Source: an uncultured delta proteobacterium | GTDB lineage: Bacteria > Myxococcota_A > UBA9160 > SMWR01 | Direction of reading: 5' to 3' | Assembly: GCA_963832165.1 (NCBI GenBank) | Contig: CAWHTE010000007.1 | Coordinates: 800,001 to 864,000, forward strand | DNA: 64,000 bases | Part shown: positions 50,084-61,069 of the stretch, in pieces | Numbering within the stretch: position 1 is the first letter of the stretch | Layout: each line of letters starts with the position of its first letter | Translations under genes and position numbers: made by a program | Notes under the pieces: model-generated | Database searches by the model: none | Told to the model about the DNA's origin: nothing | The model's input: only the letters and a program-made list of their open reading frames with translations

Positions 50084-51730
50084 TCATTGGTAGCGGTGCA
50101 CGATCGGGAGCCGTCTCCCGCTGCCGAACGCCTTGGTCGAAGTGCGCAGCACGAGCGGCGTCTGGCGCCGCTTGTACTCGTTGCGGTCGAGGCGCGATAC
50201 GACCTGCTCCACGAGCTTGCGGTCGGCGCCCGGCGGCGGCTGGATCGCCGCCGCGCCGAGCCCGCCCTCGATCGCCTGGGCGAGGATCGCATCGAGCACG
50301 GGGTACTCGGGCAGATCGTCGCTGTCGAACTGATCCGGTGCGAGCTCCGCGGACGGCTCCTTCTCGATACTGCGCGCGGGAATCCGCTCGCTGCCCGCGA
50401 GCGCGTTCGCGCGCCGCGCGATCGCGTACACGTCGTGCTTGTAGACGTCGCCGAGCACGGCGAGCCCGCCCACGGTGTCGCCGTAGAGCGTGCAGTAGCC
50501 GACCGAGAGCTCGCTCTTGTTGCCCGTCGCGAGCACGAGGCGCCGCTCCGCATTCGACACCGCCATCAGGATCGCGCCGCGAATGCGCGCCTGGATGTTC
50601 TGCTGCGCGAGGCCGTAGTCGCCGCGCGCGCCGAAGAGCGAGCGGAATACGTCGAGATAGGCGCGGAAGATCGGCTCGATCGGGACCACGCGCGTGTCGA
50701 TGCCGAGATTGCGGCCGAGCGCGAGCGCATCCTCGATGCTGTGCTCGGACGAGAACGGGCTCGGCATCGCCACGCCGAGCACCTGCTCGGGGCCGAGCGC
50801 GGCGACCGCGAGGTGCGCCGTGACCGCCGAATCGATTCCGCCCGAGAGCCCGACCACGGCACCCGGCGGCAAGCCCTGCTTGCCGAAGTAGTCGCGGATT
50901 CCGAGCACGAGGCCCGTCTCGAGCTGCGTGGTGCGGTCGGGCTCGGGCACGGCGTCGGGCGCGAGGCCGGGCTCGGACGCGGGCAGGTCGACCACGCCGA
51001 ACGCGGTGTCGAACAGCGGCAGCACGCAGTGCACGCGACCCGCGGCGTCGGACACGAACGAGCCGCCGTCGAAGATCAGCTCGTCGTTGCCACCGACCTG
51101 GTTCACGAACGCGATCGGGACGCCGTGCTGCGCCGCGAGTCGCGCGATCATGCCGCGCCGCTCGCGCGCCTTGTCGACGTGCCACGGTGAGCAGGACGGA
51201 TTGAGGATCAGGTTGGCGCCGGCGCGTGCGAGCTCGCCGACGGGATCCACCGCGTAGCCCATCGGCTCGACCCAGGTGTCTTCGCAGACGGTGAGACCCA
51301 GAACTGTGTCGCCGTCGCCGAACGGAACGGGCTCGCGCCACTCGGCGGGCGTGAAGTGGCGGCGCTCGTTGAACACGTCGTAGGTCGGCAGATGAGTCTT
51401 CGCGCGCGCGGCGACCTGACGACCACCCGCGAGCAACACGCACGCATTGTGGAACGCGCCGCGCCGGCCCTCGACCGGCAGCACGGCGCCGAGCGCGATC
51501 GCTACCTGGTGGGACGACGCCGCGAGCGTGTCGAGTTCGCGCAGCTGGTCGCGTACGAAGCCGTCGCGCTCGATCAGATCCATCGGCGGGTAGCCCGTGA
51601 GTACCATTTCCGGCGCGACCAGCAGGTCGGCGCGCTCGCTCGCGGCCTTCGCGGCCGCCTCCTCCACGAGCCGGCGGTTGCCCGCGAGATCACCGACGGT
51701 CGGGTTCAGCTGGGCGAGCGCGATGCGCAT
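50084..51730 (-). CDS. nadE: Glutamine-dependent NAD+ synthetase
   Basis: MRIALAQLN, CED, VGGNDELIFDG, GLSGGIDS, NIQAR, TGNKSE, PSAELAPDQ. Confidence 0.96.
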   Translation of the reverse strand: MRIALAQLNPTVGDLAGNRRLVEEAAAKAASERADLLVAPEMVLTGYPPMDLIERDGFVRDQLRELDTLAASSHQVAIALGAVLPVEGRRGAFHNACVLLAGGRQVAARAKTHLPTYDVFNERRHFTPAEWREPVPFGDGDTVLGLTVCEDTWVEPMGYAVDPVGELARAGANLILNPSCSPWHVDKARERRGMIARLAAQHGVPIAFVNQVGGNDELIFDGGSFVSDAAGRVHCVLPLFDTAFGVVDLPASEPGLAPDAVPEPDRTTQLETGLVLGIRDYFGKQGLPPGAVVGLSGGIDSAVTAHLAVAALGPEQVLGVAMPSPFSSEHSIEDALALGRNLGIDTRVVPIEPIFRAYLDVFRSLFGARGDYGLAQQNIQARIRGAILMAVSNAERRLVLATGNKSELSVGYCTLYGDTVGGLAVLGDVYKHDVYAIARRANALAGSERIPARSIEKEPSAELAPDQFDSDDLPEYPVLDAILAQAIEGGLGAAAIQPPPGADRKLVEQVVSRLDRNEYKRRQTPLVLRTSTKAFGSGRRLPIVHRYQ

Positions 51731-51795
51731 GGGGCGAAGATCGGGGCGCGCCGCGACAGCGTCAAGCCAGCTCAGCCGACTTCGTCGTCTGCTCG

Positions 51796-52263
51796 CTACT
51801 CGAAATACGCGTAGTTCACGCGCGCGCGGCACGCGAGCGTTTCGCCGCCCTCCGGCTCGAACCACACGTCGAAGCCGAGGCGACAGCCGTTGCCCGCCAG
51901 CACGCGCGCGCGCGCGAGTCGCGCGCCCATGCGCACGCGCGAGCCCGCCGTCACCGCGGCCGGAAACTCGCAGCGGTCGATACCCGTGTTGATCGCGGTC
52001 GACCAGCCCTGCAAGACGATCAGCTGCGACAGCAGTCCCGGCACGAGCGACAACAGCAGGTATCCGTCGGCGATCGTGCTCTTCCACGGCGATTCGCGCG
52101 AGGCGCGCTCGGCGTCGAGGTGGATCCAACGCGTATCGCCGGTCGCGCGGCCGAATTGCTCGATGCGATTCTGCTCGATCGCGAGCCACTGCGTGGTGCC
52201 GAGCTCGGTGCCCTGGAAATCGGGCGTCGAGGCCATCGACGCGATCACGAGCGGCTTCGCCAT
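51796..52263 (-). CDS. MaoC-like dehydratase
   Basis: IEQNRIEQFGRATGD..WIH.D..TIADGYLLLSL. Confidence 0.85.
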   Translation of the reverse strand: MAKPLVIASMASTPDFQGTELGTTQWLAIEQNRIEQFGRATGDTRWIHLDAERASRESPWKSTIADGYLLLSLVPGLLSQLIVLQGWSTAINTGIDRCEFPAAVTAGSRVRMGARLARARVLAGNGCRLGFDVWFEPEGGETLACRARVNYAYFE

Positions 52264-52314
52264 CGCGGGTAACCTAACCCGCCTATAATGGGCTCGCCCC
52301 TCGGAGGACTCCCC

Positions 52315-53865
52315 ATGCTCTCACGACCTCGCAACGCCGTGCTCTTCGCGCTCGCCCTCTCGCTCGTGGCGGGCTACTTCGTGACGGGTCACTTCCTCTA
52401 CGTGGCGCCGATCGGGCTCGACTCGAGCGCATTCCCGCTCGGCGAGTGGCTGCAGTCGTGGGCGCCGGGAGTCCATCACGCGATCGCGGGCCCCGTGTGG
52501 GCGCTGGGTTCGCTGCTCGTGATCATGGTGGTTTCGGTCTGGCTGGTGCGGCGTTCGGTGGCGGGCCGCGTCGATCCCGCGCGCCGCAGCTTTCTCACGG
52601 GCGCGGGCTCGGGCGCGGGCATCGCGCTCGGCTCGCTCCTGCTCGGCGGCGCGAGCGGTGCGGCGCGCGCATTTCTGGGCTGGGGCACCGGGACCCAGGG
52701 GTGGGCGCCGGTCGGCTCGGAGATCAATGACCGCGAGGTCCCGTTCACGCATCCCGAGTGGAAGGAGGCGTGGAAGGGCAGCCGCGTCGAGAACTATCGG
52801 CGCTTCGGGCGCACGGAATGGAACATCTCCGACATCGTGCTCGGCACCGGTCGGATCAGCGGCGAAGATGGCGAGCAGATCGCGCGGCTCGCGATCGAGC
52901 GCGGCATCAACTACTTCGACACGTCGCCCGACTACTCTGCCTCGGGGAGCGAGGTGGCGATGGGCAAGGCGATCCGCGCGGTGTCGCGCGATCAGCTCTT
53001 CATCGCTTCCAAGTTCTGCACCCCGATTGGGCACCTGCCGCCGGGCACGCCCGTGGTGAAATACGTCGAGGCGGTCGAGGGGAGCCTGTCGCGGCTCGGC
53101 ACCGACTACATCGACCTCTGCCACATCCACTCGTGCGACGAGGTCGCGCGCCTGCTCGACCCGAACGTGCACGAGGCATTCGACCGCCTGAAGCAGGCGG
53201 GCAAGGTGCGCTTCCTCGGCTTCTCGACCCACACGCCCAATCTGGTCGAGGTCGTGAGCGCGGGCATCGAGTCGAACCGCTTCGACGTGATGATGATCGC
53301 CTACCACCACGGCATCTGGCCGCAGGTGCCCGAGCTCGCGCGCCGCGCGCGCGAGGAACACGACATGGGCGTCGTCGCGATGAAGACGCTCAAGGGCGCC
53401 AAGCACCGCGGGCTGCTCGATTTCCAGCAGTACGCGGATTCCTACACGCAAGCCGCGCTCAAGTGGGCGCTCTCGAACGAGCACGTCTCGGCCGCGGTGA
53501 TCTCGTTCTTCGAGCTCCAGCACGTCGACGAGTACCTCGCGGCGTCGGGCAAGCGCCTCACGTCCGAAGATCTCGCGATCCTTCGCGAGTACGATCGCCA
53601 GATCGCCGGTAACTACTGCGGCCCGCACTGCGGCGCGTGTCTGTCCTCGTGCCCCGAAGGCCTGCCGATCCACGACGTGCTGCGCCACCGCATGTACTTC
53701 GAGGACTACGGCTGGGAGAAGGAAGGGATCCAGCGCTATGCCGCGCTCGCGAAGGACGCGAGCGTGTGCGCGACGTGCCCTGCGCCGTGCGCGGGTTCGT
53801 GCGTGGTCGGGATCGACATCCAGGAGCGCATGAAGGGCGCGCACGAGCTGCTCACGCTCGGGTGA
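52315..53865 (+). CDS. Membrane-anchored aldo/keto reductase with a C-terminal Fe-S dicluster-like domain
   Basis: GGAGG RBS; N-terminal TM helices; GINYFDTSPDY, SLSRLGTDYIDL, GKVRFLGFSTH; C..HCGAC...CP and CATC...C...C. Confidence 0.88.
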   Translation: MLSRPRNAVLFALALSLVAGYFVTGHFLYVAPIGLDSSAFPLGEWLQSWAPGVHHAIAGPVWALGSLLVIMVVSVWLVRRSVAGRVDPARRSFLTGAGSGAGIALGSLLLGGASGAARAFLGWGTGTQGWAPVGSEINDREVPFTHPEWKEAWKGSRVENYRRFGRTEWNISDIVLGTGRISGEDGEQIARLAIERGINYFDTSPDYSASGSEVAMGKAIRAVSRDQLFIASKFCTPIGHLPPGTPVVKYVEAVEGSLSRLGTDYIDLCHIHSCDEVARLLDPNVHEAFDRLKQAGKVRFLGFSTHTPNLVEVVSAGIESNRFDVMMIAYHHGIWPQVPELARRAREEHDMGVVAMKTLKGAKHRGLLDFQQYADSYTQAALKWALSNEHVSAAVISFFELQHVDEYLAASGKRLTSEDLAILREYDRQIAGNYCGPHCGACLSSCPEGLPIHDVLRHRMYFEDYGWEKEGIQRYAALAKDASVCATCPAPCAGSCVVGIDIQERMKGAHELLTLG

Positions 53866-53886
53866 TCGCGCGGGTCTGCGCCGTCG

Positions 53887-55278
53887 TCAGCTCTCGCGCT
53901 CGATCGCCGCGACGAATGCGTCGTGCAGCACCTCGCGGATGCGCGTGAGCGAGGCGGTGCCGTAGGTCTTGCGGAACGCCGAGAGGGGGATGATGCCCTT
54001 GGCCATCGAGCGGTGGCCGCCGCCGACGCCGAGGCCCTCGACCACGGCCCGCACCACCTCGCCCGCCGCGCGCACGTAGCCGACGTTGCGCACCGAGAAC
54101 ACGAGGTCGTTGCCGACAATGCCGGCCGCGATCGCCCACTCCGCACCCTCGGCCTGGAGGCCGAGATCGGCCACCTGCGGGATCACGTCCTCGCGCACGC
54201 GGCCGAGCACGAGCACGTGCAGGTCGTCGCGCACCTCGGTCTTCGCGAGCGCCTTGCCGAGCGCGCGCAGCGCATCGGTGGGCAGCGCGGGGCGCTCGAT
54301 CCGGCGCAGCAGCGCGGGGCTGTGCAGCGCGTGCAGATACGCGAACGCCGTCATGTCGTGTGAGCTCGTCTCGCGGCCGAGCAGCTGCGTGTCGCTCTTG
54401 ATTCCGTACAGGAGCGCGGTGGCGAGCCGCGGGCGGACCTCCATGTCGGCCGCGCGCACGTACTCGGTGAGCACGGTCGAAGTCGCGCCGTAGCTCGGGC
54501 GGATGTCGCTGATCACCGCGTCGTAGCCGCTGCGCTCGGGGTGGTGATCGATCACGACGTCCACCGACATCACGCGCGCGGGCGGGCTCTCGCCGAACAC
54601 GGGCGGCTGTACGTCGACCAGCGCGAGCGCGTCGAACTCGCCGAGCTCGTCGGGTGTGACCGTGCGGATCTCGACGCCGAGCGCGCGCACCATCGCGATG
54701 TTCTCGGGCCGCTTCACCTCGCCGAACGAGATCAGCGGCGCGGTCGGGCGGCGCCGTCCGAGCACCGCGCGCAGCGCGTAGCCGCCGGCGATCCCATCGG
54801 GATCCGGATCGGGCTGGAGCAGGATGCCCACCTTCTCGCGTCGCTCGAGCAGCGAGCGCACCCCGACCACGCGGCGCAGATTACCGAGCATCGAGAACTC
54901 GTCGTCGACGTCGTCGCGGATCAGCGAGCGCAGGCCCGTCGCGCGCAGGCACGGATGTTTCGGCAGGTCGGTGGCGTCCACGGCGTCCGAGAGCATCAGC
55001 ACGGGCGCCTGGGGCGTGGTCTCCGAGACGATCGCGACCGCCTCGCGCGCGAACGCGGAGTCCTCGGTCACGAACGCGATCTCGTCGTCGGCGGTCGCGC
55101 CGAGCTTCGCGATCGCCTCGGCGCACAGGCCGCCCGGGAGCACGTTGAAGCCCTTCGTGCGAGAGCGCGCCGATTCCTCGGACCGCGGCACCCAGTAGAG
55201 GATCTCGTTTTCGTCGGCGCCGATCCGGCTCCAGAGGCGCGCGGAGCGGAGCCCATCACAGACGATGAACCGGCTCAA
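53887..55278 (-). CDS. DHH-family phosphoesterase with an N-terminal accessory domain
   Basis: PDPDG, IDHH, GATST, YGIKSDT, GGGH. Confidence 0.88.
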   Translation of the reverse strand: MSRFIVCDGLRSARLWSRIGADENEILYWVPRSEESARSRTKGFNVLPGGLCAEAIAKLGATADDEIAFVTEDSAFAREAVAIVSETTPQAPVLMLSDAVDATDLPKHPCLRATGLRSLIRDDVDDEFSMLGNLRRVVGVRSLLERREKVGILLQPDPDPDGIAGGYALRAVLGRRRPTAPLISFGEVKRPENIAMVRALGVEIRTVTPDELGEFDALALVDVQPPVFGESPPARVMSVDVVIDHHPERSGYDAVISDIRPSYGATSTVLTEYVRAADMEVRPRLATALLYGIKSDTQLLGRETSSHDMTAFAYLHALHSPALLRRIERPALPTDALRALGKALAKTEVRDDLHVLVLGRVREDVIPQVADLGLQAEGAEWAIAAGIVGNDLVFSVRNVGYVRAAGEVVRAVVEGLGVGGGHRSMAKGIIPLSAFRKTYGTASLTRIREVLHDAFVAAIERES

Positions 55279-55396
55279 TCGGCCCCCTAACTCAGCCGCG
55301 CCCGCATTGTAGCGAGGGGGTCGGGTCGACACCCTTGGGGGGGCGACCCGGCCCGCCGCCTTGCGGCGGCCGCCGACATCCGGCAAACGAGGGGCA

Positions 55397-56242
55397 GTGC
55401 AGCCGATCTTCGTGGGAGACGTCCAGGGGTGCGACGATGAGTTCGCCGAGCTGCTCGCGCGCGCCCAGGCGGAGTTCGGCAGCGAGTTCGAGCTCTGGTC
55501 CGTGGGCGATCTGATCAACCGCGGGCCCGACAACCTCGCCCCGCTCTCGCGTGTCCGCGAGCTCGAGGATCGCGGCCGCGCGCGCTACGTGCTCGGCAAT
55601 CACGAGCTCTCGCTGCTGCGCTGCTGGCTGGGGCTGCGCGAGGTCTCCGAGTTCGACTCGTTCCAGGACGTGCTCGAGGCGCCCGATGCCGACGAGTGGA
55701 TGGAGTGGATCCGAACGCGCCCGCTCGCCTGCACGGGGAAGCTCGGCAGGCAGTCGTTCGCGATGGTCCACGCGAGCGTGGAGCCCCGCTGGTCGCTCGG
55801 CGACCTCGAGCGCGCGGCGCGCGAGGTCGAGAAGCGCATGCGCGCGCCGATCAAGGAGCTGCGCGCGTACCTGGGCAGCTCGCCCGCGCCCGAAGAGGAC
55901 CTGCTCGGGCGCCTCACGAGCGGCCGCAGCGTCGGTCCGCACGGCACGTGGTCGTCCGAAGAGCCGGTCGGCAAGGAGCGCGCGTGGCACGAGGCGTGGT
56001 TGGAGCGGGAGCACGACTACGGGGTCGTGTACGGACACTGGGCGATGCAGGGCCTCCACGTCGCGCCAGGCCTGCGCGGCCTCGACACGGGCTGCGTGCA
56101 CCACGGCCGCGGCCGCAACGGCTCTCTGACCGCGTGGATTCCCGATCGCGAGCGGAAGCGCCCATTCGACGTTCCCGACGAGCGCTTCTGGTCGATCCCC
56201 GCGCGCCGCGCCTACTACGCGCGTCGCGACGCGCGCGGCTAA
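55397..56242 (+). CDS. apaH: ApaH-like diadenosine tetraphosphatase
   Basis: GDVQGC, GDLINRGP, LGNHE, MVHA, YGHWA, LDTGCV. Confidence 0.85.
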   Translation: MQPIFVGDVQGCDDEFAELLARAQAEFGSEFELWSVGDLINRGPDNLAPLSRVRELEDRGRARYVLGNHELSLLRCWLGLREVSEFDSFQDVLEAPDADEWMEWIRTRPLACTGKLGRQSFAMVHASVEPRWSLGDLERAAREVEKRMRAPIKELRAYLGSSPAPEEDLLGRLTSGRSVGPHGTWSSEEPVGKERAWHEAWLEREHDYGVVYGHWAMQGLHVAPGLRGLDTGCVHHGRGRNGSLTAWIPDRERKRPFDVPDERFWSIPARRAYYARRDARG

Positions 56243-56391
56243 CGCAGCTCGGCGCGCGGACGCCGCAGTCCGCTCTCGAGCTCCTGGGCGGCGCGGTGGT
56301 GCAGCTGCGCCTCGTCGCTGCGACCCGTGTCCTCGAGCAGCTCGCCGAGCGCGCGGTCCGGGTGCATACCCGACGTGCCGCCGCGGTCCAT
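56239..56391 (-). CDS. 50-aa small protein or TPR-like remnant
   Basis: GGGAGG-AAA-ATG start; LGELLEDTGRSDEA..H.RAA..L resembles a TPR helix pair. Confidence 0.35.
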   Translation of the reverse strand: MDRGGTSGMHPDRALGELLEDTGRSDEAQLHHRAAQELESGLRRPRAELR

Positions 56392-56436
56392 TTTCCTCCC
56401 GCTGATCATGGGGCTCCGGCTAGACTGCCCCCGCTC

Positions 56437-57765
<1,329 letters not shown>

Positions 57766-57979
57766 CGGGACGTCTACTGGATTCGTGAGATCGCTGAGTA
57801 GTTGATGGGGCACTTTGCCTCCGGATCCTGTCTTGACCGGCTCCCCATTGGACGTAGATTCGATTCGATGATCTAACGACCTATGGGGGGGCGGGATGGT
57901 GCCCCGTGCCCGTGCCTCGAATTCCTGGATCGAATCAGTTGCCCCGAAGGGGCAGTGCGCGCGCCCGACCGAGGGGATC

Positions 57980-59548
57980 GTGAAGGCGTTCGACTGGGCC
58001 GGGTTCCTCGGGCACCACTCGATCCTCTCGACCCTCGACGCGAAGCACGCGGACTGGCTCCTGAGCGAGGACGTGTCGACCGAGCGGAGGTATGAGCCCG
58101 GCGCGGTGATCGTTCGGGAGGGAGACGAGGACGACTCGGTCTTCCTGATCGGGTCGGGCACTGCGGAAGCGGTGCTCGAGAATGAACGCGGTCAGACGAT
58201 CCTGCTGTCGCTCATGCTGCCCGGCGAGACCTTCGGTGAGATGGCCTTCTTCGAAGGCATGCCCCGCTCCGCCACGGTCCGCGCGCGCGACGCCTGCATC
58301 GTTCTCGAGCTGAAGGGCCACGAGCTACGGCGTCTTTCCGACTCGCGGCCCGACATAGAGTTCCAGGTCCTGCTCACGGTGAGCGAGCGCCTTCGCAACA
58401 AGAACGAACGGCTCATGGGCCTGCATCTCAAGGCGGTCGAAGAGGCCAATCGCGCGAAGGACGAGTTCTTCGCGATGCTGGGGCACGAGCTGCGGAATCC
58501 GCTGGGTGTGATCAGCGCCGCCATTCACGTCCTCGACGCACGTGGAGGTGCGGACGAGCGGGCGGCGCGTCTTCGCGAGATCATTGCCCGGCAGACGAAG
58601 CACTTATCGCTCCTGGTCGACGATCTGCTCGACGTCTCGACGCTGATCGCGGGAAGACTCGCGCTCGAGCGAAGGCCGGTGAACCTGCACGAGCTCGTGG
58701 AGCGGTCACTTTCCTCCTACCGCGAAGTCGGAACCGTGTCCCAGCGCTTGACTTCGCTGACAGGCGAGGCGTCTTGGGTGGATGCCGATCCGACTCGCTT
58801 GGAACAAGTCGTCAGGAACCTTCTCGACAACGCGGTGAAATACACGCCGCTCGAGGGGCGAATCGACGTCAGCATCGCGAGCGAGTTCGGCGAGGTGATC
58901 CTGCGCGTTCGCGACACGGGCATCGGTATCGAGCAGCACTCGCTTCCGCTGATCTTCGACCCCTTCGTGCAGGTGAATCGCAGCCCGGTCCATAGCGGTG
59001 TCGGAATCGGCCTCACGCTCGTGAAATTCCTCGTGGAGCTGCACGGCGGCACGGTGTCCGCTTCGAGTGAGGGGCTGAATCGAGGCAGCGAGTTCGCCGT
59101 GCGACTGCCACTCGCCTCGCACGCGACCACGACGCCAGGACCCGGCAACGATCGAACCGCCCCGCAACGCACCCGCCACATCGTGATCGTCGACGACCAT
59201 CCCGATGTGCGCGAGACCCTGCGGATGCTGCTCAAGGCGTGGGGCCACCGCGTGGAGGAGGCGGAGACCGGAGAGCGTGGGCTCGAGATCATCCAGAGTT
59301 CGCACCCCGACGCCGTGCTGCTGGACATCGGCCTACCTGATCTCGACGGCTGTTCGGTCGCCCGGACCGTGCGATCCGCGCCCGGAGGAGATGCCTGTCT
59401 GCTGGTCGCAATCACCGGCTATGGAGCCGCTGCGGATCGCCTCCGAACCCGCGAGGCGGGATTCGATGCCCATCTGACGAAGCCGCTCGACAAGGACGAG
59501 CTCGCCCGGCTCCTCGCTCGGAGACACGACGGCTCGCGTACGCACTGA
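57980..59548 (+). CDS. Hybrid histidine kinase: cNMP-binding + HisKA/HATPase + receiver
   Basis: FGEMAF..PRSATV; GHELRNPL; NLLDNAVKY; DTGIG; VDD..LDIGLP..KP. Confidence 0.92.
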   Translation: MKAFDWAGFLGHHSILSTLDAKHADWLLSEDVSTERRYEPGAVIVREGDEDDSVFLIGSGTAEAVLENERGQTILLSLMLPGETFGEMAFFEGMPRSATVRARDACIVLELKGHELRRLSDSRPDIEFQVLLTVSERLRNKNERLMGLHLKAVEEANRAKDEFFAMLGHELRNPLGVISAAIHVLDARGGADERAARLREIIARQTKHLSLLVDDLLDVSTLIAGRLALERRPVNLHELVERSLSSYREVGTVSQRLTSLTGEASWVDADPTRLEQVVRNLLDNAVKYTPLEGRIDVSIASEFGEVILRVRDTGIGIEQHSLPLIFDPFVQVNRSPVHSGVGIGLTLVKFLVELHGGTVSASSEGLNRGSEFAVRLPLASHATTTPGPGNDRTAPQRTRHIVIVDDHPDVRETLRMLLKAWGHRVEEAETGERGLEIIQSSHPDAVLLDIGLPDLDGCSVARTVRSAPGGDACLLVAITGYGAAADRLRTREAGFDAHLTKPLDKDELARLLARRHDGSRTH

Positions 59549-59558
59549 GCAGACCGGT

Positions 59559-59633
59559 TCTCCGAAGCTTCCCCTGCGTTGAAGCGGGCGGTGGAGTAGC
59601 CGCAGAGCTACCTCTGTCCACTGCCCCAGGAGA
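59559..59633 (+). ncRNA. Moco-RNA-like structured leader (candidate riboswitch)
   Basis: TCTCC(GA) pairs with the SD GGAGA; internal stems GCTTC/GAAGC, GGGCGGTGGA/TCCACTGCCC and GTAGC/GCTAC; directly upstream of modA. Confidence 0.55.
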
Positions 59634-59637
59634 TCTG

Positions 59638-60384
59638 ATGCGGCGCCTCGCTTTCGCTCTCGTGTGCGCGATCGCGCTCGCAGCCGCAGCGCAGCCTGCC
59701 CCGACCGTGCACGTGCTCGCCGCGGCGAGCCTCACCGAAGTCGCCCTGGCGCTCGCGAAGCGCTTCGAGGGCGCGCGCGTGGTGACGAGCTTCGGCGCTT
59801 CGAGCGAGCTCGCGCGGCAGATCAAGGATGGTGCGCCCGCCGACGTCTTCCTCTCGGCGAGCCCGGAGTGGGTCGACTTCCTGCGCGAGGCGAACGCGGT
59901 CGACGGCGCACCCGTCGTGTTCGCGCGCAACGAGCTCGTCTGCATCACCGCGAAGGGGAGCCCGCTCGAGGCGAAGGGCGCGAGCGATCCCCGGGTACTG
60001 CTCGATCGGCTCGCAAAGGGAGATCGCGTGGCCATTGCGGATGCGGGTGTTCCTGCCGGCGACTACGCGCGCAAGGCGCTCGGGAAGCTCGGCGTGCTCG
60101 CGGCCTACGAGCCGCAGCTCGTGGGGCAGAAGGACGTGCGCGCCGTGCTGCATGCGGTGGAGCAGGGCGAGCTCCCGGCGGGCTTCGTCTACGCGACCGA
60201 TGCCAAGGTGGCCAAGGTGGACGTGCTCTTCGCGTTCGATCCGGCGACCCACCCGCCGATCGAGTACCACGGAGCGGCGCTGCGCGGAGCCGCGAATCCG
60301 ATCGGCGCGCAGCGCTTCGTCGCTGATCTGCGCGGCGAGCCCGCGCGCGCACTCTTGCGCGCCGCGGGTTTCGCGCTCCCATAG
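59638..60384 (+). CDS. modA: Molybdate ABC transporter substrate-binding protein
   Basis: AAASL, FGASSELARQI, ADVFLSAS, VPAGDYA, GFVYATD. Confidence 0.95.
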   Translation: MRRLAFALVCAIALAAAAQPAPTVHVLAAASLTEVALALAKRFEGARVVTSFGASSELARQIKDGAPADVFLSASPEWVDFLREANAVDGAPVVFARNELVCITAKGSPLEAKGASDPRVLLDRLAKGDRVAIADAGVPAGDYARKALGKLGVLAAYEPQLVGQKDVRAVLHAVEQGELPAGFVYATDAKVAKVDVLFAFDPATHPPIEYHGAALRGAANPIGAQRFVADLRGEPARALLRAAGFALP

Positions 60385-60391
60385 GGTTGCC

Positions 60392-61069
60392 ATGCTGAGC
60401 GAGGCCGAGCGGGAGGTCGTCTTCCTCTCGCTGCGCGTCGCCGCGCTCGCCGCGGCCGCGAGCCTCGTGCCGGGCATCGCGTGCGGCTGGGTGCTCGCGC
60501 GCTGGCGCCATCCGCTGCGCGCAGTGCTGCAGGGCATCGTGATGCTGCCTCTCGTCCTGCCGCCGGTCGTGACGGGCTACCTGCTGCTCTACGCGTTCGG
60601 GCGCAGCCGGCCGCTCGGCCGCGCCTGGCACGAGCTCACGGGGGGCTACATCGCCTACACGACTGCGGCGTGTGTGATCGCCGCGGCCGTGGTCGGCTTC
60701 CCGCTGCTGGTCGAGGCGATCCGGCTCTCGATGCTCGCGGTGGACGAGCGGCTCGAGCAGGTGTCGCGCAGCCTCGGGCGCGGACCGCTCGACACGTTCG
60801 CGCGCGTGACGCTGCCGCTCGCGCTGCCGGGCGTGCTCGCGGGTACGGTGCTCTCGTTCGCGCGAGCACTCGGCGAGTTCGGAGCCACGATCGTGCTCGC
60901 GGGCAACGTCGCAGGCGAGACGCGCACGATCCCCGTGGCCGTGTACACGCTCCTCAACGTGCGCGACGGCGAGACGGCCGTCTTGCGACTCACCGCCGTG
61001 AGCGTCGCGCTCGCATTGGCCGCGCTGCTGGGCTCGTTCTGGCTCTCTGCCCGGCAGAGATCCACCTGA
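60392..61069 (+). CDS. modB: Molybdate ABC transporter permease
   Basis: LPLVLPPVVTGY, FARALGEFGAT. Confidence 0.95.
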   Translation: MLSEAEREVVFLSLRVAALAAAASLVPGIACGWVLARWRHPLRAVLQGIVMLPLVLPPVVTGYLLLYAFGRSRPLGRAWHELTGGYIAYTTAACVIAAAVVGFPLLVEAIRLSMLAVDERLEQVSRSLGRGPLDTFARVTLPLALPGVLAGTVLSFARALGEFGATIVLAGNVAGETRTIPVAVYTLLNVRDGETAVLRLTAVSVALALAALLGSFWLSARQRST

